Part shown: one piece after another, positions 32,375 through 45,849 of the stretch
Layout of the letters: every line of letters begins with the position of its first letter
Position numbering within the stretch: the stretch's first letter is position 1
Assembly (NCBI GenBank): GCA_030390025.1
Contig: CM059432.1
Span: 38,256,001-38,320,000 of the forward strand
DNA: 64,000 nucleotides
Origin: Squalus acanthias
Taxonomy: Eukaryota
Direction: 5' to 3'
Position numbers and translations under genes: made by a program
Notes under the pieces: generated by a model
Database searches by the model: none
The model's input: only the letters and a program-made list of their open reading frames with translations
What the model was told of the DNA's origin: nothing

Positions 32375-34387
32375 ATAAGATTCTGAGGCGGCTTGACAAG
32401 GTAGATGCTGAGAGGTTGTTTCCCCTCGTGGGGGAATCTAGAACTAGGAGGCATAGTTTTAGGATAAAGGGTCGCCCAGTTAAGATGGAGATGAGGAGGA
32501 ATTTCTTCTCTCAGAGGGTCGAGAATCTTTGGAATTCTCTACCCCAGAGAGCTGTGGAGGCGGAGTCAGTGAACATATTCAAGGCGGAGATCGACATATA
32601 TTTGAGCTACAGGGGAGTCAAGGGTTATGGGGAACAGGCAGGAAAGTGGAGTTGAGGCCAAGATCAGATCAGCCATGATCTTATTGAATGGCGGAGCAGG
32701 CTCGGGGGGCCGAATGGCCTACTCCTGCTCCTATTTCTTATGTTATTATTTCTTAAATCCCAAGGTGATCACTTGACACTTCCCCACATTGAACTCCATT
32801 TGCCGTGGTTTTTTCCACTCACTTAATCTATCTATATCAAGCGAGAAATCAAATTCAGATATCAAATAAGCAGACCATTCCCATGGCTAGAGGGAGGGTG
32901 AACCCAACAAGTTAAATTAATTTGCTTCTTTCTTGCTTCACCAAATATCTTGACGATAGTAGTTAGTGTTACCAAAGAAATCCTGCTTATATTCCAGGGC
33001 TGATTTTCCTCTGGAGTTCTGCACACATACATCCAATGGGTGGACTGAAAAATGGGACGGGAGGCTATACCACTGGCTCACAGACACCTGCAGTTACTTC
33101 TGGGATCTCCTTCCAGGAGTGACATCAGGCATTCCATTGTCCACTCAAAAATTGGTAGGATATTGTTATCACATGTAAATGGTGGGAGTATATCAGACAA
33201 TGTATTTCCCATCATTACCACCATAGCAATGATTCCCCTGTGCGCAATTCCTGAGCTTGGCAGATTTTCTGGTGTAAAGTTATTTAACATATTGTCAGTG
33301 CGACTCCTACCTCTGTCATGGACCCCACCTCTTGGGATTGGAGAATGGCTGCAGCAGGCCTCAGTTGGCTATGCGCAGCATAGTGAATAGTCTTTGGGAC
33401 TAGTCCCAAAGTTTTTAAATATTTTTTAAAGGGCTAGAAATTCGGGGGTTTAGCGCCACCCATTACCACCAGATTCAGGCAAAAAATAGCGTCCGCCAGA
33501 CTTCCGCACACTACTAGAAGGTGCTGCAATGGCTGACAGTGCTGCCCATGTCGGCACTCGTGAGAATTGTGTAGATGATGCAGAGAGGGCTTCAATCTAA
33601 AAAAGGGGGAGGAGGGGTCAGGTGAGGGGAAATTCAGAAATCTAAAGAGAAAGGTCAGGGCAATAGAGCAGCGTAGCGATTTGGGTAAAAATAAGCAGAG
33701 TGTGACAGGAAGGGACAGAGGCTGGAATTTTGCCAGTCCTCAGAGTGCAGGATTGGAGGCGGGACCTCTGTCAAAATCGCAAAGATTGACAGCGGGTAGG
33801 AAACCCGCCTCAAATCAATCTTCCCAAGTGTCGGGTCCCCGATTTGTGCATGGATCCAACACCTAGCGGCGGGAAGAGGATAATAGCCACTTACCTGGCT
33901 GTTAACAGGTACTTGATACTTGTTAACAGGCTCTTTTTCAATTTTGCCGCTTCTGCCTCGGGTTCCCCGACGTCCGGACACCACGCCAGTTAAGTGTGGC
34001 GTGTTGTGAGTCTGCTGTAATGTTTCTGCATTGATGACAGCTGCAGAAGTGGTGTGAAGGATCCAATGGTGCACTGGTGAGTTTCAGAGGTAAGAAAATG
34101 TTGGGAAAATCATTTTTAATGCATTTCGACTTTTCTGTAGGTAACAAGTTGTGAATTGGCTGTCTAGTCCCGCCTCATTGGGAGAACCTCTTTCACAGTG
34201 ACAGATCACTTCTGTAAATCACCTGCAGCTGCCATCTGTTCTAGCCTATGGAGGGAGTCATTGGAGAGTCTGGGTGCAAGAGCTCACCTTTACATAAGAA
34301 CATAAGAAGTAGGAGCAGGAGTAGGCCATATGGCCCCTCGGGCCTGCTCCGCCATTCAATAGGATCATGGCTGATCTGAACCTAGAC

Positions 34388-37205
34388 TCACGTCCACTTC
34401 CCTGCCCGCTCCCCATAACCCTTAATTCCCTTATCAGCTAGGAAACTGTCTATCTCCGTTTTAAATTTATTTAATGTCGCAGCTTCCACAGCTCTCTGAG
34501 GTAGCAAATTCCATAGATTTACAACCCTCTGAGTGAAGAAGTTTCTCCTCATCTCAGTTTTGAAACGGCAGCCCCTTATTCTTAGATTATGCCCCCTAGT
34601 TCTAGTCTCACCCATCAGTGGAAACATCCTCCCCGCCTCCACCCGATCAAGCCCCCTCACAATCTTATATGTTTCGATAAGATCGCCCCTCATTCTTCTG
34701 AATTCCAATGAGTAGAGGCCCAACCTACTCAACCTTTCCTCATAAGTCAACACCCTCATCTCCGGAATCAACCGAGTGAACCTTCTCTGAACTGCCTCGA
34801 GAGCAAGTATATCTTTTCTTAAATATGGAAACCAAAACTGTACGCAGTATTCCAGGTGTGGCCTCACCAGTACCTTGTATAACTGAAGCAAGACTTCCCT
34901 GCTTTTATACTCCATCCCCCTTGCAATAAAAGCCAAGATTCCATTGGCCTTCCTGATCACCTGCTGTACCTGCATACTAACCTTCTGTGTTTCATGCACC
35001 AGGGCCCCCAGATCCCTTTGTACTGTAGCACTTTGCAGTTTCTTTCCATTTAGATAATAACTTGCTCTTTGATTTTTTTCTGCCAAAGTGCATAACCTCA
35101 CACTTTCCAACATTATATTCCATCTGCCAAATTTCCGCCCACTCACTTAGCCTGTCTATGTCCTTTTGCAGGTTTTTTATGTCCTCCTCACTCACTGCTT
35201 TTCCTCCCATCTTTGTATCGTCAGCAAACTTGGATACGTTGCACTTGGTCCCCTCCTCCAAATCGTTAATATAGATTGTAAAGAGTTGGGGTCCCAGCAC
35301 TGACCCTTGCGGAACACCACTAGTTACAGATTGCCAACCCGAGAATGAACCATTTATCCCAACTCTCTGTTTTCTGTTAGATAGCCAATCTTCCACCCAT
35401 GCCAGTATATTACCCCCAATCCCGTGATTTTTTCTCTTGTGCAGTAATCTTTTGTGTGGCACCTTATCAAATGCCTTTTGGAAGTCCAAATACACCACAT
35501 CAACTGGTTCCCCTTTATCCACCCTGTTTGTTACATCCTCAAAGAATTCGAGCAAATTTGTCAAGCATGATTTCCCCTTCATAAAACCATGCTGACTCTG
35601 TCCGATTAAATTATGCTTATCCAAATGTCCTGTTACTGCTTCCTTAATAATGGACTTCAACATTTTACCAACCACAGATGTTAGGCTAACTGGTCTATAG
35701 TTTCCAGCCTTTTTTCTACCTCCCTTTTTAAATAAGGGCGTTACATTAGCAGTTTTCCAATCTGCTGGGACCTTTCCCGAATCCAGGGAGTTTTGGAAAA
35801 TTACCACCAATGCATCCGCAATCCCTACTGCTGCTTCTCTCAAGACCCTAGGATGTAAGCCATCAGGTCCAGAGGATTTATCCGCCTTAAGTCCCATTAT
35901 CTTACCGAGTATCATCTCCTTAGTGATTTTAATCGTGTTTAGCTCCCCCCGCCCCCATAGCCCCCCCATTTGTCCAGTGTTGGGATATTTTTAGTATCCT
36001 CTACTATAAAGACTGATACAAAATATTTGTTCAGCGTATTTGCCATCTCCGTGTTCCCCACTACTAATTTCCCGGTCTCGTCCTCTAAGGGACCAACATT
36101 CACTTTAGCCACCCTTTTTCTTTTTATATAACTGTAGAAACTCTTGCTATCTGTTTTTATATTTTTTGCTAGTTTACTTTCATAATCTATCTTCCCCTTC
36201 TTAATTAATCTTTTAGTTATTCTTTGCTAGCTTTTAAATGCTTCCCAATCTTCTATCCTCCCACTAGATTTGGCTACTTTATATGCCCTTGTTTTCAGTC
36301 GGATACTATCCTTTATTACTTTACTTAGCCACGGATGGCTGTCTTTTCTTTTACGCCCCTTTTTCCTCAGTGGAATATATTTTTCTTGAAAGTTGTAAAA
36401 TACCTCCTTGAATGTACACCACTGCTCCTGTACCGTCTTACACCTTAATCTATTTTCCCAGTCCACTTTAGTCAACTCTGCTCTCATACCTTCATAGTCT
36501 CCTTTATTTAAGCTTAGTACGCTGGTTTGAGATCCAACTCTCTCACCCTCCAACTGAATTTGGAATTCAACCATGTTATGGTCACTCATTCCAAGGGGAT
36601 CCTTTACTAGGACATTTTTTATTAATCCTGTCTCATTACACAGGACCAGATCTAAGATTGCCTGCCCCCTGGTTAGTTCAGTAACATACTGCTCAAGGAA
36701 CCCGTCCCTAATGCACTCTATGAACTCTTCCTCAAGGCTACCCTGCCCAATTTGACTTGTCCAGTCAATATGAAAGTTAAAATCTCCCATGATTATAGCT
36801 GTTCCCTTATTACAAGCCCCAACTATTTCCTGATTTATACTCCGACCAATAGAGTTACAACTGTTAGGAGGCCTATAGACTACGCCCACTAGTGACTTTT
36901 TCCCCTTATTATTCCTTATCTCCACCCAAACTGTTTCACTATCCTGATCCTTTGACCCAATATAATTTCTCACTATTGCAGTGATTCCATCCTTTATTAA
37001 CATAGCCACCCCACCTCCCTTTCCTTCCTGTCTGTCCTTCCTAATAGTCAAATACCCCTGGATGTTTAGTTCCCAGTCATGGTCACCTCGCAGCCATGTT
37101 TCTGTAATGGCCACCAGATCATACCCATGTGTAGTTATTTGTACCGTCAACTCGTCTATTTTGTTACGAATGCTGCGTGCATGCAGATAAAGAACTTTTA
37201 AACAT
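34388..37205 (-). pseudogene. CR1 ORF2 (AP endonuclease + reverse transcriptase), one stop and two frameshifts
   Basis: AITETWL, GDFN, SDHN (APE); YLDFQKAFDKV, GVPQGSVLGP, KFADDTK (RT); broken at ~36227, ~35965, ~35080. Confidence 0.92.
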
Positions 37206-37379
37206 GTTTTGTGTCAATTTATTCCTGCTTTTACCCCCTTTACTACTTTACCTTTATCTTTATATATTCTGTCCCTTCCTGACACGCTCTGGTTTTTAAT
37301 TTCCCCACTGCTAATTTGCTCTATTGCCTTCTCCGCTGACATTTTTATTCTTCGCTCTCTTGAAACTCCCCCCCACTAA

Positions 37380-38336
37380 TTAGTTTAAAGCCCTCTCTAC
37401 AGCCCTAGTTATTCGATTCGCCAGGATTCTAGTCCCAGCACTGGCCAAGTGAAGTCCGTCCCAACGGAACAGCTCTCTCCCGTCCCAGTACTGGTGCCAG
37501 TGTCCCAAGAAGCAAAACCCATTTCTCCCACACCAGTCTTTGAGCCACGCATTTAACTCTCTGATTTTATTTACCCTAGCCAAATTTGCTCGTGGCTCAG
37601 GTAGTAATCCAGAGATTATTACCCTTGTGGTTCTGCTTTTTAATTTGGCCCCTAGCTGCTCATACTCCCTCAGCAGAACCTCTTTCCTTGTCCTATCTAT
37701 GTCGTTGGTACCAACATGGACCACGACAACTGGATGCTCCCCCTCCCACTCCAAGTTTCTCTCCAGCCCAGAGGAGATGTCCTTAACCCTGGCACCGGGC
37801 AGGCAACACAACCTTCGGGACTCTCGCTCTCGGCTGCAAAGAACCCTATCTATCCCCCTTATGATACTATCCCCTACCACTACAACATTTCTTTTTACTC
37901 CCCCCACTTGAATGGCCCCCCATTCCACGGTGCTGTGGCCAGGTTGCTCATCCTCCCTGCAGTCCCTGCTCCTGTCCTCACAGGGAGTAAGAGCCTCGAA
38001 CCTGTTGGACAAGAGCAAGGGCCGCGGCTCCTCCAACACTATCTCCTGGATCCCCGTACCTGCCTCACTCATAGTCACACTCTTCTGTCCCTGACCACGG
38101 ACTACATCTGAATTAGTTAATCTAATTGGTGTGACTACTTCCTGGAACACAGAGTCCAGGTAACTCTCCCCCTCCCTGATGTGTCGCAGTGTTTGAAGCT
38201 CGGACTCCAGCTCATCAACACGGAGCCGGAGTTCCTCGAGCAGCCAACACTTACTGCAAATGTGATCACCGTGAGCATCAATGGTGTCCACCAGCTCCCA
38301 CATATTGCAGCAGTAACACATCACCTGCTCTCCCAT
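37380..38336 (-). CDS. CR1 ORF1: zinc finger/leucine zipper plus SGNH (GDSL-like) esterase domain
   Basis: CYCC..CSKC, LEELRLRVDELESEL, VVGDSIIRG, LPGA, VHVGTND, DGLHL; open 318 aa. Confidence 0.9.
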   Translation of the reverse strand: MGEQVMCYCCNMWELVDTIDAHGDHICSKCWLLEELRLRVDELESELQTLRHIREGESYLDSVFQEVVTPIRLTNSDVVRGQGQKSVTMSEAGTGIQEIVLEEPRPLLLSNRFEALTPCEDRSRDCREDEQPGHSTVEWGAIQVGGVKRNVVVVGDSIIRGIDRVLCSRERESRRLCCLPGARVKDISSGLERNLEWEGEHPVVVVHVGTNDIDRTRKEVLLREYEQLGAKLKSRTTRVIISGLLPEPRANLARVNKIRELNAWLKDWCGRNGFCFLGHWHQYWDGRELFRWDGLHLASAGTRILANRITRAVERALN

Positions 38337-39024
38337 TCTATGTAATTAATTTAATTTATTAATATTTTTTAAATACCCTCTGCCCCGTCTGATGAATATC
38401 ACACCTTAGAAACTATAAACCACAGAGTTTAAGTTTAAAAAGAGAGAAATACTCACCAACCAATTACTTACCTGCTTTCTGGTGATGTCACACCTCGATT
38501 ATTTTTACCTCTCTCCCTCCCTCCGAGTTCGGAGACTGGTCCCGCCTTACCTGGTCTCTGGAGCCTTTTAAACCCTCTGCCGCCGCCTCGCCTCACGCAG
38601 GTCCGCCGCCGCACCAGGAAGCTGACAAAGATGGAAAAAGGAAGGAACACCTCCCTCCCTGCACTCCCTCACTCACCAAACTCGCAGTTTAACACTCTGT
38701 TCCAATCTGCACTCCGAGACAAACTGCACTCTAGTGATTGTCAGTGTTTGCAGCATTTCAATGCTGTCAAACACTGAGAAATGAGCTGTCAAAGAAAACT
38801 TGTGCATGGTCCCTTTAAGAAAATCAGCAGATGACACGTCATCAAATGACGTCATCTGACCGGCTTCCTCTTAATTGGCCGGCAAGCCCGCAGGGCAGTC
38901 TTAACAAGACCAATCGACGTAAAATCACATCCGTGGGCCGGATGCAGTTGGGGGCGGGACTGGAACCCGGAAACCAGCTGACCCGCTCCCAAGCCGCATC
39001 CATTTGCAAAATCGAGGCCAGAGA

Positions 39025-40690
39025 GTTTAACGGTAGCAGTGCAGCAGAGAATAAGGTCAATGCAGGGAATAAAGGTAAAAAATTTAAATTAAAGGCCTTT
39101 TATCTGAATGCACAAAGCATTCGCAACAAGATAGATGAACTAATGGCACAAATAGAGATAAATGGGTTGATCTAATAGCCATTACAGAGACGAGATTGCA
39201 AGATGACCAAGGTTGGGAACTAAGGGGTAAAAATTGAGTCGCGCCCCATTTGGGGCGCTAACCTCGCCGGGGCGCGACTTTTAGCGCCCCGAAAAAATTA
39301 GCGGCCCCGCGCCGGAACTTCAGTGGTTGCGCCCCAAGAGGGAAGCGGGGCGCAACTGGAAGCAGCCCGCATCCCTCTTGGGGCGCTGTGAGTGAATATC
39401 CTGGCGCTACGTGCCGCGGTATTGCAGGCCTTCCTCCCCTTCTTAAAGGGGAGGGACCCTGCGCAGCGCGAACCAGGGCCCAGCTGGGCCCCCAGGGATC
39501 GGGAGTGCCGGCAAAAGAGCCCGGCACTCAAGAGAAGTGCCGGGCTCTTGGAGCGCAGCCGGCACTTCACGGTGGGGGGGCTTCACGGGGGCCGGGGGCA
39601 GGTGCTGGCAGGCGGCCAGCAACAAAAATGGCCGCCTGCCACCTCCGCTTTAAATATCACCGCCCCGGCCGCACGTACGCCTCCCTGAACCCGTCGGACA
39701 TAGCGTCTGGCGGTAAATCAGGGGGCGCGACTGAAGATCACGGCCGGGGCGCGAGCGGGGTGCTGCGCACGGTGATGACGTCATCGCCGGCGGCGCAGCG
39801 CCACAGGGCGCTACCGGCTGCCGCCGCCGCTAACCTCCCACTAAATTTTTCGGGAGGCGTGGGCGGCGCTGCGCCCGGGCGTTAGCTGCTTTACGCCCCA
39901 TTAGCGCCCTCTTAAGGCGCTAACGGGAGGCGCAAGCAGCTGAATTTTCCAGGGTACTTGATGTTTCGAAAAGACAGGCAGAATGGAAAAGGAGCGAGGG
40001 GAATCCCTGATAATAAAGGATAACATAAGGACAGTAGAGAGAAAGGATCTCGGCTCGGAAGATCAGGAAGTAGGATCAGTATGGGTGGAAATAAAGAATG
40101 ACGAGGGGCACAAAACCCTGGTGGGTGTAGTATATAGGCCCCCTAACAGTAGCTATACCGTTGGACAGAATATTAATCAAGAAATAGTAGGAGCTCGTAA
40201 CAAAGGTAATGGAATTATACATGGGGGACTTTAATCTTCATATAGACTGGACAAATCAAATTGACAAAGGTAGTCTGGAGGACGAGTTCATGGAATGCAT
40301 TCGGGACAGTTTCCTTAGAACAATACATCATAGAACCCACCAGGGAACAGATTATTTTAGATCTTGTATTGTGTAATGAGACAGGGTTAATTAGCAATCT
40401 CATAGTAAAGGATCCTCTGGGGCAGAGTGATCATAATATGATAGAATTTCACATTAAATTTGAAAGTGACTTGCCTATAGTCTGAAATTAGAGTCTTAAA
40501 CTTAAATAAAGCCAATTACATAGGTAGATTGGAAAAATAGATTAAAAGGTATGGCGGTAGATAAGTAGTGGCTAGCATTTAAAGAAATATTTCATAATTC
40601 TCAACAAAAATACATTCCATTGAGAAACAAAAACTCCACGGGAAAAGTGATCCATCCGTGGTTAACTAAAGAAGTTAAGGATAGCATTAG
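39025..40690 (+). mobile_element. CR1 fragment (endonuclease region) interrupted by a MITE
   Basis: LKAFYLNAQSIRNKIDEL, VGVVYRPPNS, LDLVLCNE..SDHNMIEF. Confidence 0.85.
39224..39950. mobile_element. Harbinger MITE copy B (right TIR clipped)
   Basis: TAA|GGGGTAAAAATT start; body homologous to copy A; ends TGAATTTTCC running into CR1 sequence. Confidence 0.88.
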
Positions 40691-40716
40691 CTCTACTGGC
40701 AGTCCCCCTCACACCC

Positions 40717-41840
40717 AAATATCTTAGGGAGAGGGAGCGGAGGCAGCGAAGAAGAGGAGAAGATGCACGCAGAGGGAGGAAGAGGAAAGCCAGGTGGGCT
40801 CTCAACAGGCGGCCTTCCCCACCTAGGGTCTTCAGCGAGCACTTCTCTTAAATCCATTTAAGTGAGGAGCAGTGTATTAGGAGGCTACGCTTCACCAAGG
40901 AGGTGGTCACAGAACTCTGCCACCTCCTGCAACCAGACCTGCAGCCTCAGAGCAGGGCAACCACGGCTCTCCCAGTGGCAGTCAAGGTCATCATGGCTCT
41001 CAGTTTCTTCGCCAGCAGATCCTTCCAGTCTGCAGCAGCTAACATCTCATAGTTCACCGTCCATCGCTGCATCCAGGAGGTCACAGAGGCTCTCTACACC
41101 AGGAGAAGGGATTATGTTGTTTTCTCTCTGAGCAGAGAGAAACAAGACACGTGCGCATGTGGCTTTGCCAGGATAGAAGGCTTCCCCATGGTGCAGGGAG
41201 CCATCAACTGCACACATGTGGCTTTGCGGACACTGCATAACAATCCTGAGAGCTTCCATAACTGCAAAGGCTACCACTCACTTAACGTGCAGTTGGGGTG
41301 CGACCACACCCAGTGATTCCTGATGGTCAAAGCCCGCTATCCTGGCAGCCTTCATCCTGTGCCAGTCCGGTATGCCAACAATCTTCCAGGTGGCTGCTCG
41401 GAGACAAGGGCTATCCGCTCTGCACCTGGCTCATGACCCCCCTCTGCAACCCCACCACCCATGCCCAGCACTTATATAATGAGAGCCATACTTCCACCAG
41501 GAACATCATCAAGCAGACCATTGGGCTACTGAAGCAATGGTTCTGCTGCCGTGACCTCTCGGGAGGAGCCCTCCAGTACTCAGCAGAGTGAGTTTCCCAT
41601 TTTGTGGTGGTGTGCTGCATGCTTCACAACTTGGCCATCATGAGAGTGCAGCCCTCACCACCAGGGATTGTGGGACCACCTCAGGAGGAGGACGAGGGAG
41701 AGGAGGAGGAGGAGGAGCAAGAGGAGGAAGAGGAAGATGAGCAAGATGAAGAGGGCAAGAAGGAAGGGAGGAGGCAGGCAGCCAATCCTCATTCCGGAAG
41801 GGCTGTTCATGAACGCCTCATCAGACTCCAATTACAATGA
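40717..41840 (+). pseudogene. Harbinger transposase pseudogene
   Basis: [49 protein letters not shown]; several stops and deletions. Confidence 0.88.
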
Positions 41841-42007
41841 ATGTAACCCCAGATTCCCATTGCTCACCACATCCCCATCATACCATCCCTCTGTCATGGA
41901 ATATCACAGCATCCTCCTGGGCACAAAGCTGAAATGAGAGCCACCACAAAAGATTCTGAATAAAATTCTTAAATTTATCAACATTCAATTCGCACATATG
42001 ATATCAA

Positions 42008-43928
42008 CTAATCACCCTTGTGCAATCTCTTAGTGCCTGTCGTTTGGGTGCCCTTTCCTCATCTAGTGCTCCTATGAAGTGCTCTCCCAATGGTTGGTGG
42101 AAGGCTTCCCCGGGGAGTTTCCATGCGGAAGATTTCAGATGGCCTTGCAGGACGACCTCGAGCAGCTCTGGCCCTAGAAGGCCCCGCAGTAGACTGCACC
42201 ACCTCGGCATGGGCGGCAGCAGTCTGGGTTGGCTGCCTGTCAGTCAGTGGCAAGGGCAGTGACGGAGTGTCACTGGGGGGAACAGGAATGCTGTCATCCT
42301 GAGCGAGGACAGCAGGTTCCTGCTCCACTGACCCACTGCCACTCCCCGGGGAGGTGCCTCGCCATTTCTAGCAATCTGTTGGAGCACAGATTGCTGGGCT
42401 ACAGCAACACCCTGCAAGACATGGTCGACAGTGGTAAACCCAGCCACGATGGTAGTAGTCTGAGCTTGGGTGGCAGCAAGCTGAGACTGCACGAGAGCAG
42501 TCTGCACTTCCGCTGCAGCACTAAGACATTGGGTCGCTTCCGCCTGTGCTGCAATGGCAGCCGCGACATCGCCCATCACACGCACCATCATGTCTGGGTC
42601 GACACGGTCTCTTCGGGAGTTTTCCATCAATTCAAGCCTGGAAATCCTGAGCTCCAAGCTCTGCACAAAGCCCCAGGCAGACGCCTCCATGCTCCTTGAC
42701 ATTGCCAAAAGGCTCTCTGGCAGGCTTGCCATTGCATCTAGCAATTCGGTGTGCATGCCCATCACCCTTCTTCTGAAGGCTGCCCCATCGAGGTCCTCAT
42801 CTGAGTCCCGTGCAGCAGAACTCGCATGCGAACTTGCCCTCCAGGAAGCTGGTCCCCGAGCTATGCTTTCCCCCTGGCTTTGCTGCAGCCCACTTGTGCC
42901 TGGTGCCTCATCCTGTGCAGATCCCGCTTTTACACTAAACTCTAAAGTACGCTTAGTGCCAGTATCTGAGCTGGTGTCTGCGAGTGACAGATGCAGTGAC
43001 GCTGTGTCTTCTTCTTCTTCTCCCCCTCACTCTCCTGCATCGCCTCGGGAACAGGCTGCTCGGGTGCTTGGTCACAATTATCTGAAAGCAGAAAGGCACA
43101 AGAGTCGGATTATGGTGAGGGGACGGGTGGGCGGAAAGCAAAATATCCATGCATACAGCATCAGCAGCTTGAAAGTGAGAAGAGATTGTGGGATGAGGGG
43201 GAATTGGGATGTGAGAAGAAGGATTAGGAATGAGCATACCGTTATTGTCCCCAAGGGGTTCAACCTTGCTGGTTGCCCCGGCCTCCATGATCGGCTGCCC
43301 AATGATCTCCAGCACTTGCTCCTCCAGTTGGCTGAGGTCCTGGATGGCAGCTTGCCCCCTGCCTGTCTGCCGCTGCTGCCTCCTGTTATGCGCGATCTTG
43401 GCCTACAAGAGAAAGGGAAGTGTGTGAGTGAGTGTGGTGCAATGTGTTTGGGTGATGTGCCTGCCATGGCTGAATAGCTGTCAGTGTGTGCAGGTGTGAG
43501 ATGCGAGTGTGAGTGTTGCAGCAATGGTAAGGTTGTGAGGGTGAAGTGAAGCTTTGATTGTGAGGTGTGAGTAGTGATAGTTAGAGATTGGTGGTCGGTG
43601 AGTGCTGGGGGTGTGGTGCATTGAGCAGTATGTGAGGCTTGTGGTGCAGATGGTGGGATATGGCATTTGATGAAGCCTTCACTCACCTTACCTGCCGTGT
43701 GAGGTTATTAAACTTCTTGCGGCTCTGGATCGTGGACTTGGGGACCACAGTGCTGGTCATCACGTATTTGGCTATATCCTGCCAGAGCCTTCCAGATATA
43801 TGGGGTGAGGGTTTCCTGCCAGTCTGCGGGAAGAGGACAGCCCGCCTCCTCTCCACGGCCACCACTAGTGCCTCCAAAGGCATGTCTGAGGATCTTCGGG
43901 CTCTCTCCCTGTGCTGAGGCTCAGCCAT
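42008..43928 (-). pseudogene. Harbinger Myb/SANT gene, 3 exons, disrupted
   Basis: MAEPQHRERARRSSDMPLEALV...SRKKFNNLTRQ; exon 2 and 3 homologous to copies 1 and 2 (MGMHTELLDAMASLPESL); frameshifts. Confidence 0.8.
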
Positions 43929-45849
43929 CTGTGTCCAGTACTGTCTGCTTCCAGGTGGAGTTTGAACTAGATTGACAATGAGGTGCTGTAGCATCAATGC
44001 ACATCCCCTTTAAGTACTGAATAAAGCCTGTGCCAAATATGACTAGGAATTAGACGGGACCCAATATTGGCCTACCTGTTGAGCGGTAAGCCAATGAGCA
44101 GCGGTTTTAGCGCTGCGATCAGCACCATAATCATGCTAATGAGGACTGAGTGCAAATTTTGCGTGCTACCTAGACCATTTTGACCCAGCGCAGTTTAACA
44201 TCGTTGGGCCATGACACCGCCCGTTTTCTGGCCATATCCAATTTTTAGCCCAAAATATTTTAAAGATACCGACTTAGTCTATGTGATTAATTATAAAGGC
44301 CAAGACAGCCCTTTAAATTATATGTCCCCTTCCACGGCCATAGCAACCCTGTATGCCACAAACATTGGCATTCATAGCACTCAGTGTTGCTAGGGCACTA
44401 ATTATGGGAAATATGACATATTTCCATTATTTACGTGTATTTTGAATACACAACCAATATTATGGGGAATGTATTCTGTATTCCACGTCACTTTTGGAAG
44501 TGGCAGAGGGCACAATGAGGCAGCCAAGTGACTGTTCAATTGGGTTCCTGGCCCGCCTGCTGAAAATATGCCAGTGAGTTGGTGCACAGCTTTTTTATGA
44601 CGTGCAGAGGGAGAAATTTAAATTTTAAATGTACTGAAGGGAATGCAATGGATTGCACAGTGATCAATAAAACTCCATCTGGCTCAATTTTAATTTTTTT
44701 TGTAAAGAAAAATGCATTTTCTTCAGTTGCCCTGGAGCCAGCGAGCCTACACTACTGCAGGCTCCTGAGGCCTGCAATACTGATTTCACTCTCTCACCGA
44801 AGGCAGGCTTCATGACTTCAAGTAATGAAGGAATCCTGATGGGAGTCCACCAAAAATATAAAAAATAGCTTGACCCAGGGAAATCAGCAAGAGCAGGAAC
44901 ATAAGCATGGTGTGGGCAGACGTCCTGCCCCAGTTATGGGGGCTGGGAGGAAAACAGGCCCCACCATGTCTAAATTTAGTATTTTTAGAACACTCGAATA
45001 ATGCTGCAGTCTTACCAGGACTTCCCTCCTTTAGGTTAACCTTTTTACTGTTGTTGTTGACTTTGTTCTCTCTCAGGCACACATCTATAATATATTAAAT
45101 AGAGTAAGTCATCTCAGAATTCCAAAGGTAGTGTGCCTGTAGCTGGTGCTTTCACTATAACGTTATGTGACAAATGGGAAACAATGGCGCACCAGCTAAT
45201 ATTACGTGATAGCCCAAACAGTACCTTAAGTGAATCCTCAAACTAAGCAGAGGAAGTGAAAGGAAAGAATATAGCCGTAGATGCCAGCTATTCTTAGAAA
45301 AGGAAGCAACAGAATCCGAAATTGAAGGCCACAGATAGAGGAAAGATTTGGTTGCAACCTCATCCCCTGCTGAGCAAGTTTCCAGCCCCACCCCCACCCC
45401 GCTCACCCTGATGAATACATTTTTAGCCTCAATTCCCCTTCAGCTGAACAACTTTCCTCTACCCTCCTGTTGAACAGGTTTTTGCCCTCGCTGAGCAAGT
45501 GTTCAGCTCCCACACCACCTTCCCTAAACAATGTTTTGGTCCCATTCCACCCCTCCCCGAACAAGATTCCTCCCCGCACAAAATGAGAAAAAAATACGAT
45601 CACAAAATTATGGTAGACAATGGCTTGAAAACAGCATTGGGGGATGGGTGCAGGAATTGATGCAGGTAATCTTATTACAATGTGATGTAAATGTGGAAAA
45701 AATATCATATGATACCCATAGCAATGCACCTGTCAGTCCCTAGTGACCAGCATTACTTGGGCCATGGGAGGGGGGTGAATTTAAAAATTACTGGATTGGG
45801 TTCAGCTGAAACCCGCAATATAAAGAAAAGGTGTTTTTTCTTAATTTTG

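Larger units (their letters stand above)
17878..32750 (+). mobile_element. CR1 3' portion split by nested LTR insertions (18299-31523) and a MITE (31619-32374)
   Basis: LQRDIDRLSEWA...ILALEAVQ then ...CCTGGGATG | GATGAAAGAGTTGTCTTATGAGG resumes at 31524 and continues to the 3' UTR at ~32750. Confidence 0.9.
34292..38670 (-). mobile_element. Near full-length CR1 LINE
   Basis: 5' UTR, ORF1, ORF2 (APE + RT) and (TTCTTATG)n tail at 34292-34308. Confidence 0.93.
33719..39019. mobile_element. Old MITE-like element probably split by the CR1 insertion (halves ~33719-34290 and ~38680-39019)
   Basis: Ends GGCTGGAATTTTGC / GCAAAATCGAGGCC are imperfect inverted repeats; both halves share motifs with 17115-17877. 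Confidence 0.45.
40692..44251. mobile_element. PIF/Harbinger copy 3 (left end missing, degenerate)
   Basis: Right TIR AATTTTTAGCCC; convergent decayed transposase and Myb gene. Confidence 0.85.

Noticed and set aside
44300..45840. Possible host exons in non-repeat sequence (also 50000-56600, 61400-62850)
   Set aside because: No ORF with recognisable protein similarity or convincing paired splice sites; small exons or conserved non-coding elements cannot be excluded without alignment
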